This document shows, one piece after another, positions 17,025-24,892 of a stretch of DNA of 32,000 nt. A program made the translations under genes and the position numbers. The number at the start of each line of letters is the position of its first letter. Position 1 is the stretch's first letter. This DNA comes from Candidatus Methylomirabilis oxygeniifera (GTDB taxonomy: Bacteria; Methylomirabilota; Methylomirabilia; Methylomirabilales; Methylomirabilaceae). The stretch covers positions 1,500,001 through 1,532,000 of the forward strand of contig FP565575.1 in the NCBI GenBank assembly GCA_000091165.1, in the 5' to 3' direction. The notes beneath the pieces are model-generated. The model had not been told where the DNA came from and made no database searches. It saw only the letters and a program-made list of their open reading frames with translations.

Positions 17025-17390
17025 CTATGCCTCGGCCTTGAACAGTAATCCGAAGAGACCCCTCATCACGGCTCTCAGTTTCGTCATCTCTTCCGAAGGG
17101 ACCTGCCGTATCACCTCGTTCGTATCGCGGTCGATCACCTTGATAATCACGCTGTGGCTCTCCCGGTCGATGACGTAGGCGAGCCCGACATTCTGGTGCG
17201 GGCTGAGGTTCTCTAAGACCTTTTTCAGATCGGGCATGGCGACCTCCAGCGTTGCGAGAGAAGACGCTCCCGATCCGGCCGCCTTGTGGCTTCCCCTCTC
17301 CGGCGGTAACGGTGCGCTGATCTCGCCTCCGGATGATCTGACCCCCATCATCGGCTCGATCGGCTTGCTCTCGTGACCTATATTTGCCAT
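17025..17390 (-). CDS. flaG: Flagellar protein FlaG
   Basis: 121 aa. C-terminal LAYVIDRESHSVIIKVIDRDTNEVIRQVPSEEMTKL is the FlaG family core. Adjacent to fliD. Confidence 0.82.
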   Translation of the reverse strand: MANIGHESKPIEPMMGVRSSGGEISAPLPPERGSHKAAGSGASSLATLEVAMPDLKKVLENLSPHQNVGLAYVIDRESHSVIIKVIDRDTNEVIRQVPSEEMTKLRAVMRGLFGLLFKAEA

Positions 17391-17397
17391 CGCCTCC

Positions 17398-17413
17398 CCC
17401 CTCTGTCGAGGGG
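17398..17413. other. Short G/C-run hairpin (CCCCTC TGTC GAGGGG) between fliD and flaG, overlapping the flaG SD
   Basis: Direct reading: 6-bp stem, 4-nt loop. On the - strand the 3' arm continues into GGGGGGAGG just before the flaG ATG (17390). Confidence 0.35.
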
Positions 17414-17417
17414 CCTC

Positions 17418-18881
17418 CTACTCTAAAATAAATCGTTGAGCACTCAGTACGCTCAGCGCCTTTTGCAAACCCAACAGTTGTTTGCGCAGGGCCACTTCCC
17501 GCTTGTCCAGTCGCTCTTGCAGCCGGGTAATCTGCTGGTTGATATTGTTCGTCTTCGACGTGACTGAGGAGAGGCCACCATCGATCAGCGCCCCGGCGTT
17601 GACAAACCCATCCAGACGGGCGATCAGCCGTGTGGAGACGCCGCCCCCCAAAGCAAAGAGGTCGATCAGCCCACTGAGTTTCGTCGCAATCGCACTCTCG
17701 AATTTGCTGGTATCGCTGATGGACAGGGTTCCGTTCGAGGCCGCCGTGATCCCGACCTCGGCCAAGAGAGCCGGATTGCCTGTCTGTACACCGCTCACCG
17801 AGCTGCCGACGTCGGACCTAAGATTCGACACCAAAGAGACATACGTCGTCTCACTTGCCAACGCGCCCCTGATGACCGAATTCACCTCTGTGGAACTGGT
17901 CCCGGAGGTCGTCGTGCTGACCGTCACTGCGATCCGCTCCCGTAAGAAGGTCAACGCCTTGTTGTACGCGTCCAGAAACTCCTGAACACTCGCCTTTATC
18001 GCGCTCTTATCCTGGCTGACCGTGAGCGTCACATCAGAGGCCGAGAGCCCGAGCAGGTTGATCGTCACCCCCGTCAGAACGTCGCTGACGCTGTTGCTGC
18101 TCCGCGTCATATCCAGGCCATCCAGCTTGAACTTGGCGTCAAGCGTTGCATCGGCAAAGAGATAGCCGCCTGCCGTCCCCGACGAGGCGATCTCACTGTT
18201 GAGCTCAATCGCGCTGAGCAGGGTGCCGGTTGCGTCGGCCGTTCGAACCTTGTTGGCCAAGCCGGTTTGTTTGCTGGTCAGGACCAGTCGACTCGTGCCG
18301 GAGGTGTCGTTGACTACCGAGGCACTGACTTTGGCGCCGAGCGTCGCATCGTTGTTGATTGCTGTAGCAAGGTTGGTGAGGATCGTGCTATTGGTATCTC
18401 CGGCGTTCAGCGTGACATTGACCGTGACAGCCGTACCGCTCGTCGCCGGATCGGTGCCGTCATAGGTCACCTTCAGACTCTTCTCGCCGGCCCCCTCCGC
18501 CGCCGCCACATCGGTTCCTGTAGAGGTAAGCTGCTTTGACACGACCGTGCTCGACTTGGCAAGTTGCGAGACAGACAGGGCATGAACGGCAGCCAGCGCC
18601 GAAGTCGAGGCGGTTGCCGTCGCGACGGACGTATTGCTCGAGCTGACCGCCTTGACTTGAAAGGGCGACAGCGTTCCCACCTGGGCCAGGGCCTGAGCCT
18701 TGGTTCGCAGCGCGCTCAGCGCACTCTTGAGGTCGCTGAGCGTCGCAGACCGGCGTGAGAGCGTCATCTGATCGGACTGCAATCCGGCCAGCGGTCGCCG
18801 CTCAACGGTCATGACACTCGATACGAGCGCTTCGATGTTAAGTTGGAAAGCCGACGCCGACAGGATCTCCGTGATCGCCAT
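17418..18881 (-). CDS. fliD: Flagellar filament cap protein FliD (HAP2)
   Basis: 487 aa. N-terminal LVSSVMTVERRPLAGLQSDQMTLSRRSATLSDLKSAL, Ser/Thr-rich centre, C-terminal NINQQITRLQERLDKREVALRKQLLGLQKALSVLSAQ are typical of FliD. AAGGAG lies 6 nt upstream. Confidence 0.9.
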   Translation of the reverse strand: MAITEILSASAFQLNIEALVSSVMTVERRPLAGLQSDQMTLSRRSATLSDLKSALSALRTKAQALAQVGTLSPFQVKAVSSSNTSVATATASTSALAAVHALSVSQLAKSSTVVSKQLTSTGTDVAAAEGAGEKSLKVTYDGTDPATSGTAVTVNVTLNAGDTNSTILTNLATAINNDATLGAKVSASVVNDTSGTSRLVLTSKQTGLANKVRTADATGTLLSAIELNSEIASSGTAGGYLFADATLDAKFKLDGLDMTRSSNSVSDVLTGVTINLLGLSASDVTLTVSQDKSAIKASVQEFLDAYNKALTFLRERIAVTVSTTTSGTSSTEVNSVIRGALASETTYVSLVSNLRSDVGSSVSGVQTGNPALLAEVGITAASNGTLSISDTSKFESAIATKLSGLIDLFALGGGVSTRLIARLDGFVNAGALIDGGLSSVTSKTNNINQQITRLQERLDKREVALRKQLLGLQKALSVLSAQRFILE

Positions 18882-18898
18882 GGTCTACTCCTTACGTC

Positions 18899-19306
18899 TC
18901 ACACACCCCGTACGTCATACTTCAGATGCTGTTCGACCGGAGCCTGGCGCAACGCCGTCTCCCAGGCCTCCTTCAATTGCCTCAAAATCTTTGACGCCTC
19001 ATGAAATGACCCTGAACCGATCGCATTGAGGCAGTATTCGTACAGACGAAACAAGGGAACGGCGATCTCCTCATAGTCAAAGTTCAGGGCCGCAATCAGC
19101 TCGGTGACGGCGCGTCGCGCACGTACGGCATCGCGGCGGCCGCAGGCAGCGAGCGCCACGTCGTATACGATGAGAATGAGTTGCATCGGGGAAGCCCCGA
19201 GAACCTGGGCGCTCTGGTACGCGGCCATTGGGCTCCCGGTGAGGGGGGCCGCCCGCAACGAATCGGATCGAACCACTACAGAACCCGCACCGACATGTGA
19301 TGGCAT
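18899..19306 (-). CDS. fliS: Flagellin-specific export chaperone FliS
   Basis: 135 aa. AAYQSAQVLGASPMQLILIVYDVALAAC...ELIAALNFDYEEIAVPLFRLYEYC fits the FliS four-helix pattern. AGGAGG lies 5 nt upstream of ATG 19306, which gives a 26-aa N-terminal extension relative to the internal M at 19228. Confidence 0.88.
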   Translation of the reverse strand: MPSHVGAGSVVVRSDSLRAAPLTGSPMAAYQSAQVLGASPMQLILIVYDVALAACGRRDAVRARRAVTELIAALNFDYEEIAVPLFRLYEYCLNAIGSGSFHEASKILRQLKEAWETALRQAPVEQHLKYDVRGV

Positions 19307-19351
19307 TGACTCCTCCTGGAATCAGTATTCAGCCGCCGACCGTCAGCCTCA

Positions 19352-19379
19352 CCCCCTCCCCTCTTTAGAGGGGAGGGGG
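19352..19379 (-). terminator. Strong G/C-run hairpin between flagellin and fliS (possible partial terminator or mRNA 3' stabiliser)
   Basis: CCCCCTCCCCTCT-TT-AGAGGGGAGGGGG: a 13-bp perfect palindrome, 40 nt downstream of the flagellin stop. There is no U-tract after it, so it is not a canonical intrinsic terminator. Heptamer-periodic GCTGAGT GCTGATA CCTGATA GCTACCT flanks it (19385-19412). Confidence 0.45.
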
Positions 19380-19418
19380 CTACAAGCTGAGTGCTGATAC
19401 CTGATAGCTACCTACTTA

Positions 19419-20258
19419 CTACCTGAAGAGCGCCAGGACCTGCTGTGGCCCCGAATTCGCCTGGGTAAGCTGGGCCGTCGCCAACTGCTGCAAGATCTGC
19501 AACCTCACGGCGTTGACCTGTTCGGCCGCCACATCGGCATCCATCACTCTGGACTTTGCCGCCTGCGTGTTGGTGACAGCAACGGACAGGTTATCCGAAA
19601 TACTCCGCAGTCGGCTGCTCACCGATCCGATGTTCTGAATCTCCAACCTGACCGACGTGAGCGCGGCGTCTACGTAAGTCAGCGACAGGGATGCGTTCGC
19701 CACAGTGTCGACGGCCATACTGGCATCCGACAGGCCGAGGCTGGCCAGCGAGAAATCCTGACTGATGCTGGCGAGGATGGTATCGCTCGCCTCGGCGCCC
19801 GTCAGAATCCGTCTTCCGGTGAAGGTCCCATCGATCAACGAGACCCCGTTGAACGTGGTCGAGTCGCGCAAGCGGGTAATCTCGGCCGACAGATCGTCGA
19901 TCTGTTGCTCGATGGCGCCGCGCTCGCTGGTCCCCAGGTTGCTTGATGTCGTCTGCCGAATCAGATCCTGGATGTTCATGAGGTTGTCGTGGATCGACTG
20001 CGCAGCCCCTTCAGCGATCGAGAGCAGGTTCATCGATGTGCCGACAGAATCGAGGGCAGTGGCCAAACCGCGAGCCCGCGAGGTCAGTTTGCTGGCGATC
20101 GAGAAGCCGGCCGGATCGTCGGCCGATTCGTTGATCCGCTTACCGCTCTGGAGCCGAAGCTGGCTGACGCCCAGTTGATTGCCGATATTCTTCAAGCTGT
20201 TTAATGCATTGAAGGCTGCGATGTTCGTGTTAATACGGGTCAGATCACCAATGGCCAT
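19419..20258 (-). CDS. fliC: Flagellin (short, 279 aa)
   Basis: N-terminal RINTNIAAFNALNSLKNIGNQLGVSQLRLQSGKRINESADDPAGFSIASKL and C-terminal AKSRVMDADVAAEQVNAVRLQILQQLATAQLTQANSGPQQVLALF are the flagellin D0/D1 signatures. GGAGGT SD upstream. Confidence 0.96.
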   Translation of the reverse strand: MAIGDLTRINTNIAAFNALNSLKNIGNQLGVSQLRLQSGKRINESADDPAGFSIASKLTSRARGLATALDSVGTSMNLLSIAEGAAQSIHDNLMNIQDLIRQTTSSNLGTSERGAIEQQIDDLSAEITRLRDSTTFNGVSLIDGTFTGRRILTGAEASDTILASISQDFSLASLGLSDASMAVDTVANASLSLTYVDAALTSVRLEIQNIGSVSSRLRSISDNLSVAVTNTQAAKSRVMDADVAAEQVNAVRLQILQQLATAQLTQANSGPQQVLALFR

Positions 20259-20309
20259 TGTGGCTACCTCCGTGTAGCGGCAACACGACTTCGCGTTGCC
20301 TGGTATATA

Positions 20310-20331
20310 GGCCGGACATCCTTGCCCGGCC
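20310..20331 (-). terminator. Hairpin GGCCGG-N10-CCGGCC downstream of the GT2-TPR stop and upstream of flagellin
   Basis: Direct reading: 6-bp GC stem followed on the - strand by TATATACC, which is only a weak U-tract. Its function as terminator or operator is unresolved. Confidence 0.3.
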
Positions 20332-20357
20332 TGAGATACGATTCGTAAACGATAGTG

Positions 20358-22328
20358 TTAAGCGATTGTGAGCCGTGAGGCGCCGTTCAGAGGAGGCGGA
20401 GCACGGCCATCCTCGGCCATAGAAAATAGGGTGTGGGGTGTGGGGTGTGGGGTGTGTAGGGGCACTGCTTGCAGCCCCCGATAAGGCGCAAGCTGTGATG
20501 ATCGGGATACTTCGCACCCTGCGCCTCGTACAATACATTCCTCCGCATCAAATCCCCCCGCATCCCCCCTTTTATAAAGGGGGGACTGGGGGGATTTCTG
20601 GAGGGTGGGGGGGGTTCCCACCTCGTGGCGCTCCCGTTGTACAAAGCGAGCGAGGAGTCGCAAGCGGCGCTCGATCTCCGGCGTACCCGGCGCAAGGCGC
20701 TCAGCCTCGAGGAGGGCGTCCAATGCTTCACGGTACTCGCCGGCCTCGATCAGACAGCAGCCCAACAGAAACGGAATACGGGCATCGCTTCGTTCGAGTT
20801 CCCATGCCTTCCGACAGAATCTGGCCGCTTCCTTACGGTTGCTCTTGCCATCCGCAAGACAGGCCAACGCAAAGTAGGCCATAGCCGATGGCGCCTCGGT
20901 CACAAGACGTCGATAGGTCACCTCTGCCTCTGTAAGGCGATTCAGCTTCAGCAGGGCCTGGGCTTGCAGCTCCAGTCCACCCTTGTCGTCCGGACAGGCC
21001 TGCAAGAACTGCTCGCAGGCTGCGAGTACCTCTGTCCACTTTCCCAATTCGGCGTAGCATTCGGCAAGGGTGAGACGCCCGTGCGGAATTCGTTCGAATA
21101 GTGTGGCAGCCTTTTCCAGTGAGGCTGCGGCATCCTGCGCTTGCCCCCGAAGCTTATGGACCTTCCCCATACCAAGGTGCGCCTCCGGCGAGTCCGGATC
21201 GTCGGCCAGCGCGGCCGTGTAGCAGTCGGCCGCGCGATCGACCTGCCCCAGCGCAAAGAGGTAGTTACCCTTAAGCGACCGGGCATAGGCCGGATTCGAT
21301 ATATGACCCAGGACGCCGTGGATGCCGCGGCCCTGTCGGCTTACCTTGTCCAGGTAGAGGTCGATCTGCCGAATGGCGGCCTCGTATCGACCCAGTCGCC
21401 CCAGCGCGAGCGCTCCGGTCAGGTGCGGCATCGCATAGCCCTGGTCCTCCTCCAGCGCGGCAACGCACTCCTGCCACGCCTCTTCAAACCGTCCCCTGTT
21501 GAGTAGGCAGGCGGCCAGACTTCTCCGGGCCACCGATCGGTTGGCGGGCGGCAGACCGCGAAGTGACAGCGCCGTCCGGTAGCAGGCAATCGCCTCGCCG
21601 ACCTTCCCCTCAAGCGCATAGACCTCACCCAGATGGAATTGGGCCGATGGATCTTCGGGATGGTCGGTGAGTTGCCGCTTCAGCAGGCGGATGTTGCGCT
21701 GTCGCTTGGCCGGCAGATCAACCCAGGCACCATGGTAGCCCGTATGGTGAACCCGTATCTCCGATGGGCCGATGCTCCCGCCCATCCGCGCGATCGACGG
21801 CGAGACCTGCTCATGGACTCGCCCTTCAAACCGGATCTCAGGCTGGCTCCTGAACAGGCGTGGGAAGGCGTTAATGACAGCGTGACGTGAGCGGCTGTCG
21901 TCCACAGGGCTCGCGATGTTCAGCAGATAGGCGGTCGGGCCGTCCGGACGCAACAGGGCGCACAGGCGACCCTTATCCTCCTCAGCCAAAGCCTCATCTG
22001 CGTCCAAGACCAGGATCCAGTCTGAGGTGGCGTGCGACAATGAGACGTTTCGCGCAGCCGCGAAGTCGTCGTTCCACCTGTGCAATGCGACCTTGGCCCC
22101 GTACTGCCTCGCAATGTCGAGTGTTCGATCGGTTGAGCCGGTATCGACGATGATAATTTCGTCGGTGACGCCTTTGACGCTCTCCAAACAGCGGCTGAGG
22201 TGAGCCTCCTCATTCTTCACGATCATGCAGAGGGAAAGGGTCTGCCGATTTATGGGTCGTACTGGGGCATCCTTCACGGTGTCTCGCACCTTACGCCTCG
22301 CACATCGTACTCGTTGAGCCTGTTTCAT
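20358..22328 (-). CDS. Family-2 glycosyltransferase fused to C-terminal TPR repeats (candidate flagellin glycosyltransferase)
   Basis: 656 aa. GT2 core LSLCMIVKNEEAHLSRCLESV...IIIVDTGSTDRT...DDFAAARNVSL...WILVLDADEAL (DxD), then many TPR-like A/L/Y repeats. The last ~95 aa (nt 20358 to about 20640) are translated repeat DNA (see repeats and findings). Confidence 0.85.
   Translation of the reverse strand: MKQAQRVRCARRKVRDTVKDAPVRPINRQTLSLCMIVKNEEAHLSRCLESVKGVTDEIIIVDTGSTDRTLDIARQYGAKVALHRWNDDFAAARNVSLSHATSDWILVLDADEALAEEDKGRLCALLRPDGPTAYLLNIASPVDDSRSRHAVINAFPRLFRSQPEIRFEGRVHEQVSPSIARMGGSIGPSEIRVHHTGYHGAWVDLPAKRQRNIRLLKRQLTDHPEDPSAQFHLGEVYALEGKVGEAIACYRTALSLRGLPPANRSVARRSLAACLLNRGRFEEAWQECVAALEEDQGYAMPHLTGALALGRLGRYEAAIRQIDLYLDKVSRQGRGIHGVLGHISNPAYARSLKGNYLFALGQVDRAADCYTAALADDPDSPEAHLGMGKVHKLRGQAQDAAASLEKAATLFERIPHGRLTLAECYAELGKWTEVLAACEQFLQACPDDKGGLELQAQALLKLNRLTEAEVTYRRLVTEAPSAMAYFALACLADGKSNRKEAARFCRKAWELERSDARIPFLLGCCLIEAGEYREALDALLEAERLAPGTPEIERRLRLLARFVQRERHEVGTPPTLQKSPQSPLYKRGDAGGFDAEECIVRGAGCEVSRSSQLAPYRGLQAVPLHTPHPTPHTLFSMAEDGRAPPPLNGASRLTIA
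20429..20456. repeat. Tandem heptanucleotide repeat (GGGTGTG)x4
   Basis: Direct reading: four exact head-to-tail copies, inside the C-terminal tail of the GT2-TPR ORF (translated HTPHPTPHT). Confidence 0.85.
20550..20597. repeat. Composite G/C-run palindromic element (copy B): AAATCCCCCC-GCAT-CCCCCCTTT-TAT-AAAGGGGGG-ACT-GGGGGGATTT
   Basis: Direct reading. Inner 9-bp and outer 10-bp stems. About 80% identical, in the same orientation, to the element at 25288-25333, including the ATTTCTG flank. Confidence 0.7.
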
Positions 22329-22546
22329 TGTGGTTCTACTCTTTGCGATCAGCTTCCATGGAACCGCTAACTACTCTTCCTCTTGGTAGTGCTATCGGCA
22401 CCACAGCTAGGAAGCATGAGCGGTTTTTTCTCACGGGTAAGCATGACACAGTGATTGCAGCGCGAGGTGGAAGCAGAGGCAGGGGTACAAGACAACGTAC
22501 AGGGTGTGGGGTATGCGATGCGGAGCTTGGAAATGCAGGAGCGAGA

Positions 22547-24892
22547 TCAGACTACGTCTTCGCCCTCATCCTGATGATGGAGAGCTTTCGCGATCACCTC
22601 TGAAAGCTCGTTGATCAGGTACGGTTTCTGGAGGAAGCCCACCATTCCTTCATCAAGAAGCTGCTGGGCGACCTCGTTGAGGCTAAAACCCGTAGTCAGG
22701 ATAGCCTTGACATTCGGCTCGAACGCTTTCAGCGCCCGGAAGCAGTCAGCACCTGAAAGCCGCGGCATCACCATGTCAATGATGATGAGATCGATCTGGC
22801 GACCGAACTGCCGGTAGTAATCGACGGCCTCTTGACCATCCGAAGCAGTGACCACTTCATAGCCCATGTGGCGCAGCAACTCCGCTGATGAGGTGCGTAC
22901 AACCTCCTCATCATCCACGACGAGGATGCGGCCATGGCCGAGAATCGGTTGCGTCGGTTCGACGCTGACAGGCGCAGGGACGACACCCGTCGCAAGAGGC
23001 CAATAGACCTTGAACGAGGTGCCGGATCCCTCCTCGCTGTAGACGCGGATGGTGCCACCGTGGTTCTTGACAATACCGTAGACCATGGCCAGCCCCATTC
23101 CTGATCCCTTGCCTGGCTCCTTGGTCGTAAAGAACGGCTCGAACACGCGCCCTTGAATCTCTTGAGGAATGCCCATGCCGGTGTCTGTGACCGACAGCAT
23201 GACGTAGTCCCCTACGGTCGCCCCGAGGTTGCGGCGACAGTAGTCGTTATCGAGTGTGACGACATCCGTCTCGAAGTGCAGGTTGCCCCCGTGCGGCATG
23301 GCGTCCCGGGCATTCACGGCAAGATTCAGGATCACCTGCTGGATCTGACTGGGATCGCCAAGCGCAACAGCCTGCTCGACGCACAGACGCTGCGTGATGG
23401 TGATCCGCTTGTCGATCGTCCGGCTCAACAGATCGACCACCTCCCGCGCTGCGGTGTGCAGGTCTACGGGCATCTCCTGATGCTTGCCGCCACGAGCGAA
23501 TCCCAGGAGCCGATTCGCCAGTTGCGCGCAGCGCTCCCCCGCTCCCTCGATCACCTGCGCCGCCTGATACACGTCCTCACCGGGCTGCCCGCGCAGCTTC
23601 AGCAGCCTGGAATAACCTAAGATCGGGGTTAACAGGTTGTTAAAATCGTGCGCGACGCCGCCCGCCAGCGTGCCTATCGCCTCCATCTTTTGTGCTTGTC
23701 GGAGCTGCGCCTCCAGACGCTTCTGCTCGCTTACGTCTCTGGCGATTCCCTGCACCCCGACCACCTCCCCGTTCCGGTAGATCGGCCCGCTGCTCACTTC
23801 GAGCGGCACGCGATGCCCGCCCCTGGTGACAATCTCCAGCTCACAGACGTCCCTCGATATCTCACCGCGCACATTCTGCGCTGTGATTTCGTGATGGAGC
23901 CCCAGGTACTCCGGGGCAATGACCTGAGCGACATGCATGGTGAGTGCTTCACTGCGTGTGTAGCCCGTAATCTGTTCGGCCATCCGGTTGAACGCGGTAA
24001 AGCGGCCGCTCAGGTCGTGCGTATAGATGACGTCGTTGGCGTTCTCGAATAACTGGGCGTACTGCCGCTCCCGCTCGCGCAGTTGCCGGGTCCGCTCCTC
24101 CAACAGATCTTCAACCGCCAGGAGAGACCGTTCGCGCCACGCCTTCTCGCAGAGGTCGATCAGGTGCTCAGGATCGAACGGCTTGCGCACATGCCCATCC
24201 GCCCCCATCCGCATGAACTGCAGGGCCAACTCCGGACTCGGATTGGCGGTGATCATGATCGCCACCATCCGTACGGCTGCCTGCTTAAACTCCTCGAGCA
24301 GTCGATCGGCCGTTATATCGGGTAGATGGTAGTCGAGAATCGCTATCTGCGGAGAATGGTCGCGGAAGAGACGCCGGGCCTCTTCGCCGGTGGACGCCGT
24401 GAAGACCGTGTAGCCATGCGCCGCAAAGGCGCGGCTGAGGATCTTGGACTGCATCGGGCTATCTTCGACGATCAGCGTACGCATCGACAGTTGGGGCCTG
24501 CGCCCTTCCAGCAGGGCTTGCACGCTGGCCCGCAACTCGGAGGGTTCATAGGGGGCCGACAAAAAAGCATTCGCGCCAAGGTTGGCAGCAATCTGCTCGG
24601 CGTCGGCGCCGGAGAACGTCCAGGAGACGACCAGAATCGGGATCCGGTTGAAGGCCGTATATTCCGGGGACCGCAGCAGTCGGCAGAAACGCCAGCCATC
24701 GACCCCAGGCATATACAGATCCGTCACGATGACGTCGGGCGGCCCCTGTTCACACATAACAGCAAGCGCCTCTTCGGCGCCCCTGCAAGGGCGGACGTGC
24801 AGTCCGTCCTTCTCCAGAAGCTTCGACGTGAGCAGTAATTGCGACAGATCATCATTGACAACGACGGCGGTGGGACGTTCACCGGTGGTCAT
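22547..24892 (-). CDS. Hybrid sensor kinase: REC-REC-PAS-HisKA-HATPase-REC
   Basis: 781 aa. REC1 ([22 protein letters not shown]), REC2 ([19 protein letters not shown]), PAS ([26 protein letters not shown]). H-box [14 protein letters not shown] boxes ([29 protein letters not shown]). C-terminal REC ([28 protein letters not shown]). No TM. Confidence 0.9.
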   Translation of the reverse strand: MTTGERPTAVVVNDDLSQLLLTSKLLEKDGLHVRPCRGAEEALAVMCEQGPPDVIVTDLYMPGVDGWRFCRLLRSPEYTAFNRIPILVVSWTFSGADAEQIAANLGANAFLSAPYEPSELRASVQALLEGRRPQLSMRTLIVEDSPMQSKILSRAFAAHGYTVFTASTGEEARRLFRDHSPQIAILDYHLPDITADRLLEEFKQAAVRMVAIMITANPSPELALQFMRMGADGHVRKPFDPEHLIDLCEKAWRERSLLAVEDLLEERTRQLRERERQYAQLFENANDVIYTHDLSGRFTAFNRMAEQITGYTRSEALTMHVAQVIAPEYLGLHHEITAQNVRGEISRDVCELEIVTRGGHRVPLEVSSGPIYRNGEVVGVQGIARDVSEQKRLEAQLRQAQKMEAIGTLAGGVAHDFNNLLTPILGYSRLLKLRGQPGEDVYQAAQVIEGAGERCAQLANRLLGFARGGKHQEMPVDLHTAAREVVDLLSRTIDKRITITQRLCVEQAVALGDPSQIQQVILNLAVNARDAMPHGGNLHFETDVVTLDNDYCRRNLGATVGDYVMLSVTDTGMGIPQEIQGRVFEPFFTTKEPGKGSGMGLAMVYGIVKNHGGTIRVYSEEGSGTSFKVYWPLATGVVPAPVSVEPTQPILGHGRILVVDDEEVVRTSSAELLRHMGYEVVTASDGQEAVDYYRQFGRQIDLIIIDMVMPRLSGADCFRALKAFEPNVKAILTTGFSLNEVAQQLLDEGMVGFLQKPYLINELSEVIAKALHHQDEGEDVV

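Noticed and set aside
20429-20456. Tandem repeats here and at 31291-31399 considered as a possible CRISPR array
   Set aside because: The units are 7 nt and directly abutting with no spacers, far from the 24-48 nt repeat/spacer organisation. No cas genes are in the window.
20460-20473. GGCAC...TTGCA on the + strand, resembling a sigma-54 -24/-12 pair
   Set aside because: The spacing is two nucleotides too short, the orientation points away from any + strand gene, and it lies inside repeat-derived sequence.
22392-22399. GCCGATAG (7/8 match to the sigma-28 -10) on the - strand, about 60 nt upstream of the GT2-TPR start
   Set aside because: No TAAA-like -35 lies at 15-16 nt (CATG/TCAT instead). 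A single -10-like octamer is insufficient, so I kept it only as a weak possibility.
22329-22546. TGGAAGCTGATCGCA (- strand, about 22340-22355) as a sigma-54 promoter for the GT2-TPR gene, and the run GCGGTTTTTTCTC as a terminator
   Set aside because: The -24/-12 spacing is one nt short and the motif sits only about 15 nt from the ATG. The T-run is not preceded by a stable hairpin on either strand.
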